A DNA stretch of 64,000 nucleotides from an uncultured cyanobacterium (GTDB lineage Bacteria; Cyanobacteriota; Cyanobacteriia; CAKZMO01), in NCBI GenBank assembly GCA_963719515.1, contig CAVRCJ010000011.1:320001-384000 (forward strand). Reading direction: 5' to 3'. Positions 30,062-40,718 of this stretch are shown piece by piece. How positions within the stretch are numbered: the first letter of the stretch is position 1; each line of letters starts with the position of its first letter. Below the pieces are notes generated by a model that was not told the DNA's origin, did not search any database, and was given only the letters and a program-made list of their open reading frames with translations. Made by a program: the position numbers and the translations under genes.

Positions 30062-31189
30062 CTAGTTGTCGAACAAATCGATCACATCGCCAATAATTCC
30101 AAGGGCGCCTCCAATCGGATTGAGAAGCAAATCCAAGGCGTCAGACGTGCGGGCAGTGTTGTTGCGATTGACAATCACGATGTCTCCAGGCCGCAGCGCT
30201 GGATTTTCTTCCTCATCTACGCCAGACGTCAGGTCAACTTCAATTCGTCGCTTATCGACGGTTCCGTCAGGGTTAAGCCGCACCAGCTCGACCCGCCGCC
30301 GTCTTGCCCTAGCGTCCGTAAATCCGCCGGCCGCCAAGATGGCCTGATTCAGCGTTGTATTGGGTTCAACTTCAACCAGTCCCGGCGAGGTGACTTCGCC
30401 AACGACGTTGACGCCAATGATATCTGGAGAAAAATTGGCATCTGCAAGCTCGGTTAGTTCGGCGGGGCCGAGCGCCAATGCTTTGGGAACCACGATGGTA
30501 TCGCCGTCTCTCAAATTGATATCTTGATAGATCTCGCCATCCTTGAGCAACGCCCACAGGTTGACGCTGATGACCTTGTCCTCCCCTAGGCGCTGACGGC
30601 GAACCTGGATCTCGCGAATATCAGCGGTCTGGGTGATCCCACCTGCCAGCTGAATGGCCTGAGTTACGTTGGGCCACTGCGCCGTACGGTCGACGCTCAG
30701 CTCTGAGACTGTGCCCTCATCAAAGCGAAGCGAGTAGGTTCCCGGTCGGTCCACCTCCCCCAAGACAGCAACCGTCAGCGGGCGGGCAAATAGGAGTCTG
30801 AGCGTCACGTCGGGCTCATTTAGAAACGGCGCATAGGCCTGCTCGATGGAACGCTCTGCTTCGTCAATTGTGAGCCCCTGTACGTTGACTCGATCGACCC
30901 AGGGGAGCCGAAGCGTGCCGTCGACGGGAACAACGTATCGACCATTTTGAGCGCTAAATTCGGGAACGTTGAAGATATCGATTTGAATTTCGTCTCCAAC
31001 CCCCAAGACATAAGCCGTCTCAGCGATAGGCCCTGTGATGACTTCAATATCCTGCGATCGCTCTGAAGGGGATAAAGGCAGCGAGAGTGACTCATTGACC
31101 GGGTCTGCAGCGGCAGCAGACCCCAACCCTAAAATGAGCAGACTGGAGGTGAGCGTGTTCAGAGTACCGCGGGCAAATCTGGTAATCAT
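30062..31189 (-). CDS. wza: Wza-like polysaccharide export protein (Poly_export + SLBB)
   Basis: YVLGVGDEIQIDIFNVPE, VAVLGEVDRPG, VNVVGEVTSPG, AILAAGGF. Confidence 0.9.
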   Translation of the reverse strand: MITRFARGTLNTLTSSLLILGLGSAAAADPVNESLSLPLSPSERSQDIEVITGPIAETAYVLGVGDEIQIDIFNVPEFSAQNGRYVVPVDGTLRLPWVDRVNVQGLTIDEAERSIEQAYAPFLNEPDVTLRLLFARPLTVAVLGEVDRPGTYSLRFDEGTVSELSVDRTAQWPNVTQAIQLAGGITQTADIREIQVRRQRLGEDKVISVNLWALLKDGEIYQDINLRDGDTIVVPKALALGPAELTELADANFSPDIIGVNVVGEVTSPGLVEVEPNTTLNQAILAAGGFTDARARRRRVELVRLNPDGTVDKRRIEVDLTSGVDEEENPALRPGDIVIVNRNNTARTSDALDLLLNPIGGALGIIGDVIDLFDN

Positions 31190-32201
31190 TCTGCTAGTAA
31201 AATTTAGTGAGGAAATATAGTTCAGTCTCTAACTGAGAAGATACCCGCAACCTGCGGGGCAATCACCTTGAAGTTGTTTCCTCAGCTGCTGAACATAAAC
31301 TTGCGCACAAATTTATGCGCAAACCGGTGCAACAATAATTCGTGCGACAGCAACAAGGCGATAATTTCGAGACACACCCAATCAACCTGACCCATTTACA
31401 ACGCTATATCGTTGAGGCTTTATTCCCTGGACGAATAGGTTTACTAGCGCGGCCATACAGCGTAGCTATACAGCGTAGCCATACAATTTATAGCCTGTCT
31501 AACCATATTGATGCAAAAACGCTCGACTGCTGCCTCTTCCAAGGACTCTTAATACAAACTAGCTTTTTCGAGAAGCTTAATAAAGGGTTTATCAAGATGA
31601 GCCCGTCTATCCTCGTCAGTATGGCCATTGCGCTTGCCCGAGGTGACAAATTTGACAAGCTTTTTAGGAGCCGTTGAGCTAGTATTGTGCTATGCAACGT
31701 GCATGAAGTTGCATAGCACGCATTTGAGCAGGCCCAAACAGCCGCGAAGAATTTTCGGTTTCCAGGAAAATGGTTAGCCACCGGCGACGCCACTGCCAGG
31801 CTCTCCGCGGAGGGCGATCGCCCTCTCAGTATGGGAATCGCCACATAAGCTTTAATCTTCCTAATGCCTTCGTGAAAAGTTTGTGTGAATTGCCGGTCAC
31901 TAGCTTTGTCGAAGCGTCTCTCTGGGTAGTATGTCTCTAGACGGCTTAGACTTCCCCCCTTCAGGTATTGACAGGTTTACGAGACAGCCGTGCAGCTCCA
32001 CCGAGTGAGGATATGTCAGAGGGGTCACACAGCGATTTCTCTTCCCCTCTTGATTCGGCTAAGAAACAGAGGCTTAGGGTGCAAAAGCTATTCGTTAGGA
32101 AAACGACTTGAACCTTACGCGACCCTCAGCAGCAGGTCATTTAGCCCACCGTATCTTATCGGGACATCAAAATCAGATTTGAGTACAAGGATGATAACTG
32201 T

Positions 32202-33869
32202 ATGAAAGCTCCTGTTATTGCAATTGGATTGGACGCCGCACAACCGGATGTTCTTGATAAATGGATGTCGCAAGGCTACCTCAAGAACATGAATCGGCTA
32301 CGTCAGCAAGGCACCTACGGGCTACTCGAGAATTTCTCTGCTTTTAGCGCTGAGACGCCTTGGACTACGTTTGCGACCGGCTGTCGCCCTCACAAGACCG
32401 GGTACTGGTCTCCGCTGAAGCTCAAGAACGGCTCGTACAGCGTCGAGACCCGTGCCGCTTACGAGTACGAAGAATTTCCCCCTTTCTATGCCCTGGGAGA
32501 TGACTATCGAGTTGCCGTATTCGACGTGCCTCAAGTCCGCCTCAACGAGAAGATCAACGGGGTACAGGTTACCGCCTGGGGGGCCCACTCGCCGCAGGTT
32601 CCCAGCAGCTCTTCTCCGCCCGAGCTGTTTCAGGAAGTCGTCCAAAAGCACGGCGCCCATCCCGGACTCCACAAAGATTATTCCGTGTGCCTTGATCTGA
32701 AGGCAACCAACCGTCTGAGAGACGTGCTCAAAACAGGGATTGCCCGTCGCTCCGCAATCTGTCAAGACATCTTGCAGCGGGAAGATTGGGATCTGTTCGT
32801 TACCGTTTTTGGTGAAGCGCATTCAGCGGGACACAACTTTTGGCAGCTCAGCCAGCCAGACCACCCCCTTTACGAGACGTTCAAGTCTAGCGTTTCGGTC
32901 GACCCTATGCTGGAATGCTTTGAGGCAATAGATCAGGCCATTGGAGAAATGCTTAGCAAAGCCCCCGACAACGCTCGGGTGATCATTTTCTCCGCTCATG
33001 GAATGGGTCCCAACACAATGGACCTTCCCAGCACTACAATACTGCCAGAGTTTTTGTACCGGCTGAACTTTCCGGGCAAGGCCCAGCTCTTTAGCCGAGA
33101 TTCTGCGGATACTGAACTTCCGCCGCCGCTCCCCAAAATGGAAAACAACTACTGGGAGCGCCATATCTGGGGAACGAAGGAAGACTCCGACAAAGTGCGG
33201 ACATTCCTGCGTCGAAGAACCCCCAACAAGCTCTATCACTTCGTTGAGGGCTTTATCGATCCCGACCGTGAGGGTGAGATCATCTCCCCCTTCCGACTGT
33301 GGAAGAAGACCAGAGTTGTTCCTTTCCAGCCTGCGGCCTGGTACGCACCGCTTTGGCCAACCATGAAGGCGTTTGCCCTGCCTAGCTTTGCTGAGGGCTA
33401 CATTCGCATCAATGTGGAAGGCCGCGAACCCAACGGTATTGTGGCCCAGGAGGATTACGACGCCTACTGCAATGAGCTTGTCGAAAAGATTCGCCAGATG
33501 AAAGACGCGAGAACGGGTATCCCGATGGCGCAGGAGATTATCCGCATGCGTGAGTCTGCCATAGACGACGATCCGAAGCTGCCGGATGCAGACATCGTCA
33601 TTGTTTGGCAAGAAGAGTACGCTAGCGATTCAATCGAAAGCCCCGATGTAGGCCGCATCGGTCCGGTGCCGCACTATCGATCGGGAAGCCATCGTCCGGA
33701 GGGCTTCTTTATCGCTAGCGGTCCCGGCATCGAGCCTGCTTCCACCCTAGACGGCGGCCATGCCCTAGACATCTCACCGACAATCTTAGGACTGATGGAA
33801 GCCCCCATTCCAGATTATCTGGAAGGGAAGGCGCTCGATCTGCTCAAGGCGGAAGCGCCGGTCGGCTAA
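32202..33869 (+). CDS. Alkaline-phosphatase-superfamily protein (nucleotide pyrophosphatase/phosphodiesterase-like)
   Basis: VIAIGLDAA, WTTFATG, EAHSAGHNFW, FSAHGMG, SGSHRPEGFFI, DISPTIL. Confidence 0.85.
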   Translation: MKAPVIAIGLDAAQPDVLDKWMSQGYLKNMNRLRQQGTYGLLENFSAFSAETPWTTFATGCRPHKTGYWSPLKLKNGSYSVETRAAYEYEEFPPFYALGDDYRVAVFDVPQVRLNEKINGVQVTAWGAHSPQVPSSSSPPELFQEVVQKHGAHPGLHKDYSVCLDLKATNRLRDVLKTGIARRSAICQDILQREDWDLFVTVFGEAHSAGHNFWQLSQPDHPLYETFKSSVSVDPMLECFEAIDQAIGEMLSKAPDNARVIIFSAHGMGPNTMDLPSTTILPEFLYRLNFPGKAQLFSRDSADTELPPPLPKMENNYWERHIWGTKEDSDKVRTFLRRRTPNKLYHFVEGFIDPDREGEIISPFRLWKKTRVVPFQPAAWYAPLWPTMKAFALPSFAEGYIRINVEGREPNGIVAQEDYDAYCNELVEKIRQMKDARTGIPMAQEIIRMRESAIDDDPKLPDADIVIVWQEEYASDSIESPDVGRIGPVPHYRSGSHRPEGFFIASGPGIEPASTLDGGHALDISPTILGLMEAPIPDYLEGKALDLLKAEAPVG

Positions 33870-33908
33870 GGGCTAACCAGCGGGTAGGGCAGCATCCTAC
33901 AAATTGCG

Positions 33909-33957
33909 CGCGATCGCCGCGAGATTGACATCCTCGATCTCGCGGCGATCGCGTTTT
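33909..33957 (+). terminator. 17-bp perfect hairpin containing two HIP1 sites, followed by TTTT
   Basis: CGCGATCGCCGCGAGAT (33909-33925) / ATCTCGCGGCGATCGCG (33937-33953). Confidence 0.65.
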
Positions 33958-34017
33958 GAAGTGAAGGCGGCCTGCTACATTATGTATTGCCCATCCGCCA
34001 CCGCTGAACCGCCCTAG

Positions 34018-34950
34018 ATGACGCAATACCACGCCGCCACCGTTACCGTTCCTGCCACAACCGCCAACCTTGGCCCCGGCTTCGACTGCCTGGGGGCGGC
34101 GCTGACGATTTACAACCAGTTCACGTTTACGCGATCGCCCGGCTCGACGCTCCAGATTACGGCAGCTGGCCTGGATGCGAAGCGAGTCGCCCTGGACAGC
34201 AGCAATTTGGCCTACCGGGCCTTTCATCGGCTCTACCAAACCATTGAGCAGCCCTTACCCGCTATTCAGCTGTCTATTAAACTAAGCGTGCCGCTGGCGC
34301 GGGGGCTGGGCAGCTCTGCCACCGCGATTGTGGGCGGCCTGCTGGGGGCTAATGTCTTGGCCGGAGAGCCCCTCAGCCAAGATGAGATCATGGCGCTGGC
34401 GATCGCCCTAGAAGGGCACCCAGACAACGTCGTTCCGGCCCTACTGGGGGGATGTCAGCTGACGGTGTCAACCGCTGAGCGCCCGCTGGTCTGTCCGGTG
34501 GAGTGGCATCCGACGCTCACTCCCGTAGTAGCGATGCCCAATTTTGAGCTATCGACGGCGGTGGCGCGCAGCGTTCTTCCGGGGCAGTATAGCTTGGCTA
34601 GCGCTGTGTTTAGCGCCTCACGGGTGGGGCTTTTGGTGCGGGGGCTAGAGACGGGCACAGGGCCTTGGCTAGAGGCAGCGCTGCAAGATGAGCTTCATCA
34701 ACCCTACCGAAAACGGCTCATTACGGGCTATGACAGCGTGCGTGACGCGGCCCTTGAGGCGGGAGCCTACGGACTGGTCATCAGCGGCGCGGGGCCGACG
34801 CTGCTCGCAATTACCGCAACCGCAACTGCGAGTACCGTGGCTGAGGCGATCGCGAGCGTCTGGCGTGCCCATAACGTGAGCGCTAATGTCCTTTGTCCCC
34901 AGCTTAATTTTAGCGGAGCTCAACTTTCAGATTTGAAGCTACAGGTTTGA
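34018..34950 (+). CDS. thrB: Homoserine kinase
   Basis: VPATTANLGPGFDCLG, PLARGLGSSA, EGHPDNV, ISGAGPT. Confidence 0.97.
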   Translation: MTQYHAATVTVPATTANLGPGFDCLGAALTIYNQFTFTRSPGSTLQITAAGLDAKRVALDSSNLAYRAFHRLYQTIEQPLPAIQLSIKLSVPLARGLGSSATAIVGGLLGANVLAGEPLSQDEIMALAIALEGHPDNVVPALLGGCQLTVSTAERPLVCPVEWHPTLTPVVAMPNFELSTAVARSVLPGQYSLASAVFSASRVGLLVRGLETGTGPWLEAALQDELHQPYRKRLITGYDSVRDAALEAGAYGLVISGAGPTLLAITATATASTVAEAIASVWRAHNVSANVLCPQLNFSGAQLSDLKLQV

Positions 34951-35490
34951 TTCGATTTTGGTAACTTACTCAAGTTTTACCAATAATGGATAAGATTTTT
35001 GAAGTCGCCGCCGTTACAAATCGTGATGCTTGTTTTTAGATGGCACCCATAGGGTAATCGCCTGAAGCTAGGGTCGAAAGTAGCGTTTCTTTAAGATAGA
35101 CTTCATCTCTCTTGGGCGAGCCTAAGACAACTCAGGAAACGCCAAAGGAGTGCTGATTTTCTTAAGAATTTACCGTCGGTATATTAGCTTCAAGGTTTGC
35201 AATATATTCTTCTATCCTTTGTTTCAAAGGGTTTGCAGCTTGTCTCCGGGTTAATTTAGCGCGTCAGTATTAAGTCTTCTTGCGCGTAGCCTCTATGACA
35301 AAAAACCTGCGCTTCAATGAATGTATGCAGTTTCTTCAGAACAGCGTTTCTCGAAACTGGCAACACAAGGAAAGAAAGGTATCGCAAGCGTTAGAAGTTA
35401 CTCCGTATCACTTCTGACCCTACCCACGGTACAAGACACACCGTACAACTGCTCCAAGTCAAACTAAGCGGCTATTCAGAACACGTACTA

Positions 35491-35805
35491 ATGATGAACT
35501 GGTACTCTCAACTCACACGACTCATCCTCGACTTCTACCGAGAAGATCCAGCCGAGCTGCGACAGCTAAAGGTGCTCCAATCTTGTCGGCTTACCCGCTG
35601 GTGGGGGACTCTGCGTATCCATTGCCCCAATAGCGACGTTGCTTACGCCATTGCCGAGCTCTCAGGTTTGTTGTGTGAGCCGATCTCACAGCTTCGGCTC
35701 GCTCAGGAGATCAAGCTAGTTGTCAACGGGAGCGTCGTAACAACGCTGTCGGTGCAAAAGCCAAGCTGGAGCCTTAGCCGTCGCAGCAGCGATCGCTTGC
35801 TGTAA
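35491..35805 (+). CDS. Hypothetical protein
   Basis: 104-aa ATG ORF after a long AT-rich region; no recognised motif. Confidence 0.65.
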   Translation: MMNWYSQLTRLILDFYREDPAELRQLKVLQSCRLTRWWGTLRIHCPNSDVAYAIAELSGLLCEPISQLRLAQEIKLVVNGSVVTTLSVQKPSWSLSRRSSDRLL

Positions 35806-35973
35806 GCATCGCTTTTAGGGTGACTCCCGCAAGACGGCAAGAAACTCATCTCGTCCTCATCTCCCCGACCGCAGCCCTACGTATCATAGGCGGTGAACCC
35901 CTTTTGGATGCAGTGACGATAGGTGAACACCTCGATCTGCGCCCAAGGCTGTGTAGATTACGAGGTACAGCAC

Positions 35974-36396
35974 ATGAAAGAATCTCCGTCTCGCCAAAGC
36001 TCTATTCAATCTCGTCTGCCGCTCGGACTCTTTCTTCTGCGTATCAGCATATTTTTGGTGCTGCTGATGTGGGCGATCGACAAGTTTGTCCGCCCTGAAC
36101 ATGCCGCCGCCGTATACGAGAACTTTTACGCCATCGGCGGCCTCAGCGGCGCTATCTTCTACATCATCGGCGCTATCCAGCTCGCCATCATAGTGCTGTT
36201 CGTCCTAGGGCTCTGGAAGCGGTGGACCTATGGCCTCGTGCTGTTTATGCATGCGGTCTCCACATTTTCAGCTTTCAGGCAGTACTTCAATCCATTTCAA
36301 GATCCAAACCTGCTGTTCTTTGCGGCCTGGCCCATGCTTGCGGCCTGTTTTGCGCTGTTTTACCTCAAAGACTGGGACACGATGTTTTCGCTATAG
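35974..36396 (+). CDS. DoxX-like membrane protein
   Basis: LLRISIFLVLLMWAIDKF, four hydrophobic segments; GAGG RBS before ATG 35974. Confidence 0.75.
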   Translation: MKESPSRQSSIQSRLPLGLFLLRISIFLVLLMWAIDKFVRPEHAAAVYENFYAIGGLSGAIFYIIGAIQLAIIVLFVLGLWKRWTYGLVLFMHAVSTFSAFRQYFNPFQDPNLLFFAAWPMLAACFALFYLKDWDTMFSL

Positions 36397-36429
36397 AGGC
36401 ATTTCTGTAGGTTTTCAGCCCTAACTTGC

Positions 36430-37797
36430 TTAACGCCCTAGCTGGTTAGGAATATCCTGACAGCCCCCCGGAACGGTTGCCCGGCTGCCAGATCCGCACC
36501 AGGCGCAAATGTAGCGGCGCTGCAGGTCCGAAAGGCGCTTTACCTCGCTGAAGTTTGCATTCTCCACTACGGCTCCGGTGCATTCTCCCGTCTCATAGTT
36601 AGGGGCCTGGGTGCGCGATCGCGGCGATGCCGTTTCGACGCTGCCGTAAAACAGCCGTGCCCCCATAAGGTCAGCTTCTTGCAGGTTGGCCTCATACAAA
36701 ATCGTCCGCGCTAGGTTAGCCTTCACCAAGTCGCAGCGGATCATGTTGGCCCGCACCAGGTTAGCGTCGCTGATGTCGGTCCAGCGCAGGTCGGTTCCCA
36801 TCAGGTTAGCCGCCGCCAGCATCACCCCCAGGTCGATCACCCGGATACCGTAGTCCCGATCTTCCTGGTAGCCCCCCATGCCATCCAGCATGGCGCGACC
36901 CAGGTGGCGATCGCGCCGTAGTGGAGTCAGCAGGCGGGAGCGGGAGAGAAACCGCACGATTTTGGCCTTTCCGGGAGCATCGACGCTGCTGAGGATGGCC
37001 GCCGTGCGGCCTTCGGCGATCGCCCGCTCTTGGGGCCAGTCTTCCAGCAGCCCTTCCGCATCTAGCACCAGCTCAGAGATGCCCTGAAAGTAGGCGTCGA
37101 TGGTCTGCTGCTGGGTGATTAGGTTTTGCTGAATGGTGAGGTCTTTAGAAATCACGTACTGCCGCCAGGCTACGTAGACGGCCAGAACCGCAATCAAGAT
37201 TTGGCCCAGTGCCCCAAAGAGGTCGCCAATGGCCCCGATGGCATCCCAGTTCAGGTCAGCGAATAAGGGCTGCAGCCACGCGCCAACCCCAACTAATCGC
37301 AGCAGCGCTATAGCCGCGACGGTAATGCCCAGAATGGCAACGGTAAGCGATCGCTGCTGGGGCGAAATCAGCTCTGACAGCATCGGCTGCAGCAGCACCC
37401 AAGAAATGCGGAGCGAGACCAGCAGCGCCACGATGGCCCCGGTAATGACGAGCCACGGGGTGTCGAAAACTGTACCCAGCAGCATAATGCCGATAGACAG
37501 CAGGACAATGAGGCTGCCTGGCGGAGCGGCAGAGGTCGTCATCCGCCCTACAGACGAGGGGGATGCGGCAACCGGCGATGCTGATGAGGCGACTGCTGGC
37601 GATGTCGATAGGGCTGTGGTGTCAGAGGCTGTGGTGGAGCTAGCCTGCGTCAGAGCGGTATCAGCACCGTTAGCCGCAGGCGCGCGGTGACCATTGACCA
37701 ACTCACCAGAGCCCTCACCCATGCCGGGGGCTGAATAGTCATCCTCTGTGAACCGTTCAGATGAAAGCGCGTCGGGGTCAGAGGGCATGGCAGGCAC
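36430..37797 (-). CDS. Membrane-anchored pentapeptide-repeat protein
   Basis: N-terminal TMs; A(N/D)Lxx repeats (ANLMG TDLRW TDISD ANLVR ANMIR CDLVK ANLAR). Confidence 0.9.
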   Translation of the reverse strand: MPAMPSDPDALSSERFTEDDYSAPGMGEGSGELVNGHRAPAANGADTALTQASSTTASDTTALSTSPAVASSASPVAASPSSVGRMTTSAAPPGSLIVLLSIGIMLLGTVFDTPWLVITGAIVALLVSLRISWVLLQPMLSELISPQQRSLTVAILGITVAAIALLRLVGVGAWLQPLFADLNWDAIGAIGDLFGALGQILIAVLAVYVAWRQYVISKDLTIQQNLITQQQTIDAYFQGISELVLDAEGLLEDWPQERAIAEGRTAAILSSVDAPGKAKIVRFLSRSRLLTPLRRDRHLGRAMLDGMGGYQEDRDYGIRVIDLGVMLAAANLMGTDLRWTDISDANLVRANMIRCDLVKANLARTILYEANLQEADLMGARLFYGSVETASPRSRTQAPNYETGECTGAVVENANFSEVKRLSDLQRRYICAWCGSGSRATVPGGCQDIPNQLGR

Positions 37798-37987
37798 GTA
37801 GGGGGGAAATTGGGGACGTTGATGAATTGAGTCAGGCGGTAGGGACTGGCATCACCGAGTCCGGAGAGGCAGACGTGAAGCCAGGAACGCCGAATCTAAC
37901 ATTGCAGGCATATCCTCACCTCAAGGCCGTTAAGCAAGATTGTCAAACTTGCGATAATAATTATGGCAACTTTAGCTCTACACCGCT

Positions 37988-38407
37988 ATGTACCATGTGG
38001 TCTACGACGGCAACTGCAACCTCTGCGTCAATCTCGTCCGGGCGCTAGAGACATTAGACCAGGGCCAGCGCTTCCGCTACATCCCAATGCAGGATGATGA
38101 GGGATTGGACCCGCTGGGCGTTACGCCCCAGGCCTGCCAGCTGGGCATGATCCTCATCGACGCGGACCACCCTGAGCAGCGCTGGCAGGGCAGCGACGCC
38201 GCCGAAAAGATTGGGCAGGTTCTGCCCCTTAGCCAGCCGCTAGTGGCGGCCTACCTAGCGGTTCCGGGGCTCAAGCCGATGGGCGATCGCTTTTATGAGC
38301 AAGTGCGCGACAATCGCTACCAGATTTTCGGAAAGCGATCGCAAGTTTACCAATCGGCCTATCCGGTTCAAGATGCCGGTGGCCCTAAAGGCCCCGGCGC
38401 AAGCTAA
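37988..38407 (+). CDS. DCC1-like thiol-disulfide oxidoreductase (DUF393)
   Basis: VVYDGNCNLC, VRDNRY. Confidence 0.88.
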   Translation: MYHVVYDGNCNLCVNLVRALETLDQGQRFRYIPMQDDEGLDPLGVTPQACQLGMILIDADHPEQRWQGSDAAEKIGQVLPLSQPLVAAYLAVPGLKPMGDRFYEQVRDNRYQIFGKRSQVYQSAYPVQDAGGPKGPGAS

Positions 38408-38502
38408 ACCTCATCATCTTTCCAAACCACCCTAACCCCAGCTTTGCACAGGCTTAGAGACCGTATTATGATGCAGATAGGCCATAAACTTTTGTAAAGC
38501 CA

Positions 38503-39111
38503 TTGACTTTAGCACAAGACCCCCATCCCGCCACAGGGCTTCCGGCGACTTGGCACGCCCTGCGCCCCCACTGGCAGGGAGATCAGTCCATCGTGAAGAC
38601 CGGCCTGCCCCATCAGCAGCTCGCCCCCCCTTGGCAAATCCTTCTTTTGGGCGATGGCTCCCCCACTCGGCACCTACAGCTGCTGACGGGAGAGCCTACT
38701 GAAGTCGACGTGATTGACATGTCTGCGGTCGGACATGACCTCGACGGAGCCCCCGACCTAATTCAAACCGTTCCAGGACCCCGCGTGCGCCGCCAGGTGT
38801 GGCTCAGAACGGCGTCCGGGCAAAGGCTCGCCTACGCCACGTCTTGGTGGGAAGCGAGCCACGTTGACGATTACCTGCAAAATCGCTCTCTGCCTATCTG
38901 GGCCAGCCTAGCCAAGCTGCGAACCGAGCTGTACCGGGACGTACGCGGCGTTTGCTACGGCGAGTCGGCGGTGCTAGAGGAAGCTTTGGGTGAGCCCGGC
39001 CCCTTTTGGGGCAGGCATTACCTATTTTGGCACCACGGTCAGCCGCTGACGCTGATCTATGAAGTGTTCTCGCCCTATCTAAGCCGCTATCTTGGCCCCA
39101 CGTCTTTCTAG
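38503..39111 (+). CDS. Chorismate pyruvate-lyase-like protein (DUF98/Ycf21)
   Basis: WQILLLGDGSPTRHL, RRQVWL, LAYATSWW, LTLIYEVFSP. Confidence 0.85.
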   Translation: MTLAQDPHPATGLPATWHALRPHWQGDQSIVKTGLPHQQLAPPWQILLLGDGSPTRHLQLLTGEPTEVDVIDMSAVGHDLDGAPDLIQTVPGPRVRRQVWLRTASGQRLAYATSWWEASHVDDYLQNRSLPIWASLAKLRTELYRDVRGVCYGESAVLEEALGEPGPFWGRHYLFWHHGQPLTLIYEVFSPYLSRYLGPTSF

Positions 39112-39129
39112 AGCAGGGCAAAGCTTTCT

Positions 39130-39702
39130 CTAGAAGCTGTTTTCGCCCCGGCGCGCCCCAGACTTAAGGAACAGGTTACGAGCACCGTCGTTTTCATAGA
39201 CGCATTCAACTACGGGCGCGCCATTGGTCTTGTCTAAGTCTCCAATAAAGCCAAAGGTGTTCATGCGCTGCTTGCACTGACGCACGTCCTGGCTAGTGAC
39301 CAAATCTCGCTGCTCCAAAATAGACCAGTTGTTGCTGCGCAGGACGCATCCCGGCTGCATCAGCGGCTGCGAGATAAACACCTTAAACGGGTTGAGGGTC
39401 ACAAACGCCCGCAGGTCTACGGCGATCGCCCCTGCCCCGTACTGGGCGCAGATCTCGGGGTTGGCGACGCTCTCGTCAATGGCGACTCGGGTGGCGACCG
39501 TCTCGTCTGAGAAGTTGACCGACGAGCCAAACAGCGCCCCGAGACCAATGCCAATGACCAGCGCCGCCCCCAGAATCGCTAGGGTCGTTGAACTCAGAAG
39601 ACCGCCCACTGACTTTTTCCCCGGCAGCGCGCGCTCTTCTGGCTCGTCGTAGCGATCGCTGTAGCGGGAGGGACGGAGGGGAGGTTTGGGTTTACGGGCC
39701 AT
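39130..39702 (-). CDS. DUF3172-like cyanobacterial membrane protein
   Basis: Single TM; CAQYGAGA, MQPGCVLRSNNW, CKQRMNTFGF. Confidence 0.8.
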   Translation of the reverse strand: MARKPKPPLRPSRYSDRYDEPEERALPGKKSVGGLLSSTTLAILGAALVIGIGLGALFGSSVNFSDETVATRVAIDESVANPEICAQYGAGAIAVDLRAFVTLNPFKVFISQPLMQPGCVLRSNNWSILEQRDLVTSQDVRQCKQRMNTFGFIGDLDKTNGAPVVECVYENDGARNLFLKSGARRGENSF

Positions 39703-39811
39703 AGCTATCTCGCTGGAGACGTCAAAAAGTGACAGAATAAAGAGTATCGTAACGTATGTTTACATCACAGTGATTTCGCAATCTTCCCGGACGCAGCGCC
39801 AAGGGGCTCAA

Positions 39812-40612
39812 ATGCCTCAGCGGCCTGATTCAATTTCGCTCCCCGTAATTCTGGCCGACAGCCTCACAGTCTTTTGGGGAGACTGGCTAGATCTAAAGGT
39901 CCGCATTCCGCAGATTGCCGCCTCAGGGTTGGTGTCACCGCTGATCTATATTTTAGCGTTCGGGTTTGGACTGGGAAGCGCTATCGACCAGGCGATTGAC
40001 CCGCCTGCAGGCGAAAACTACCTTCAGTTTATTCTGCCGGGAATGGTAGCGCTGTCTTCGATGACCATTAGCTTCGGTGGCACAACATTCTCCATCTGCG
40101 GCGAGCGCCTTTACAGCAAGACGTTTGAGGAAGTGCTGCTGTTTCCAGTCCATCCCCTCTCGCTGTTTTTGGGCAAGATGCTAGCTGGAGTAGTACGAGG
40201 GCTGATGACCTCAGGGTCGGTCATCGCCATTGCCCTAATCGCCACTGGCCAATGGCAGTTCGTCAGTCCGCTGTTTCTACTGATTTTGGTGCTCAACTGC
40301 GCCGTGTTTGCAGGGTTAGGGGTGATTGTTGGGCTCAACGTCAAATCTCTAGAAGGGGTGAGCCTGCTCAACAACTTTTTAATTGTGCCTATGTCGTTTT
40401 TGGGCGCAACGTTCTTTTCTCCTGAGACCCTGCCTTTGGTCCTGAAGGCAGTGGTATATTGCCTGCCGCTCACCTATACCAGCGTCGGCTTACGGGCAGC
40501 CGCCTATCTGCCGCTAGCTGAGTTTCCCTGGTACAGCATTCCCGTGCTGCTGGCGATCGCCATCCTGCTAGGGGCGCTCGGCGCGTATCAGTTTGCCCAC
40601 CAGCGGGATTGA
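39812..40612 (+). CDS. ABC-2 type transporter permease
   Basis: YLQFILPGMVAL, GERLYSKTFEE, PMSFLGATFF, PLTY; start approximate. Confidence 0.88.
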   Translation: MPQRPDSISLPVILADSLTVFWGDWLDLKVRIPQIAASGLVSPLIYILAFGFGLGSAIDQAIDPPAGENYLQFILPGMVALSSMTISFGGTTFSICGERLYSKTFEEVLLFPVHPLSLFLGKMLAGVVRGLMTSGSVIAIALIATGQWQFVSPLFLLILVLNCAVFAGLGVIVGLNVKSLEGVSLLNNFLIVPMSFLGATFFSPETLPLVLKAVVYCLPLTYTSVGLRAAAYLPLAEFPWYSIPVLLAIAILLGALGAYQFAHQRD

Positions 40613-40718
40613 GCCGTAGCTCTCACTCACTCCAACCTAGCGCTACATCTCGGCTATTTTTGATAGTCTAGATAAGCTCATTCGTACATCACTGCCACAT
40701 ACCTGTCAGCATCCGCCC

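Noticed and set aside
31342..32205. ORFs of 111, 118 and 71 aa in the wza spacer
   Set aside because: Mutually overlapping or overlapping the next gene, no recognisable motif or RBS, atypical composition
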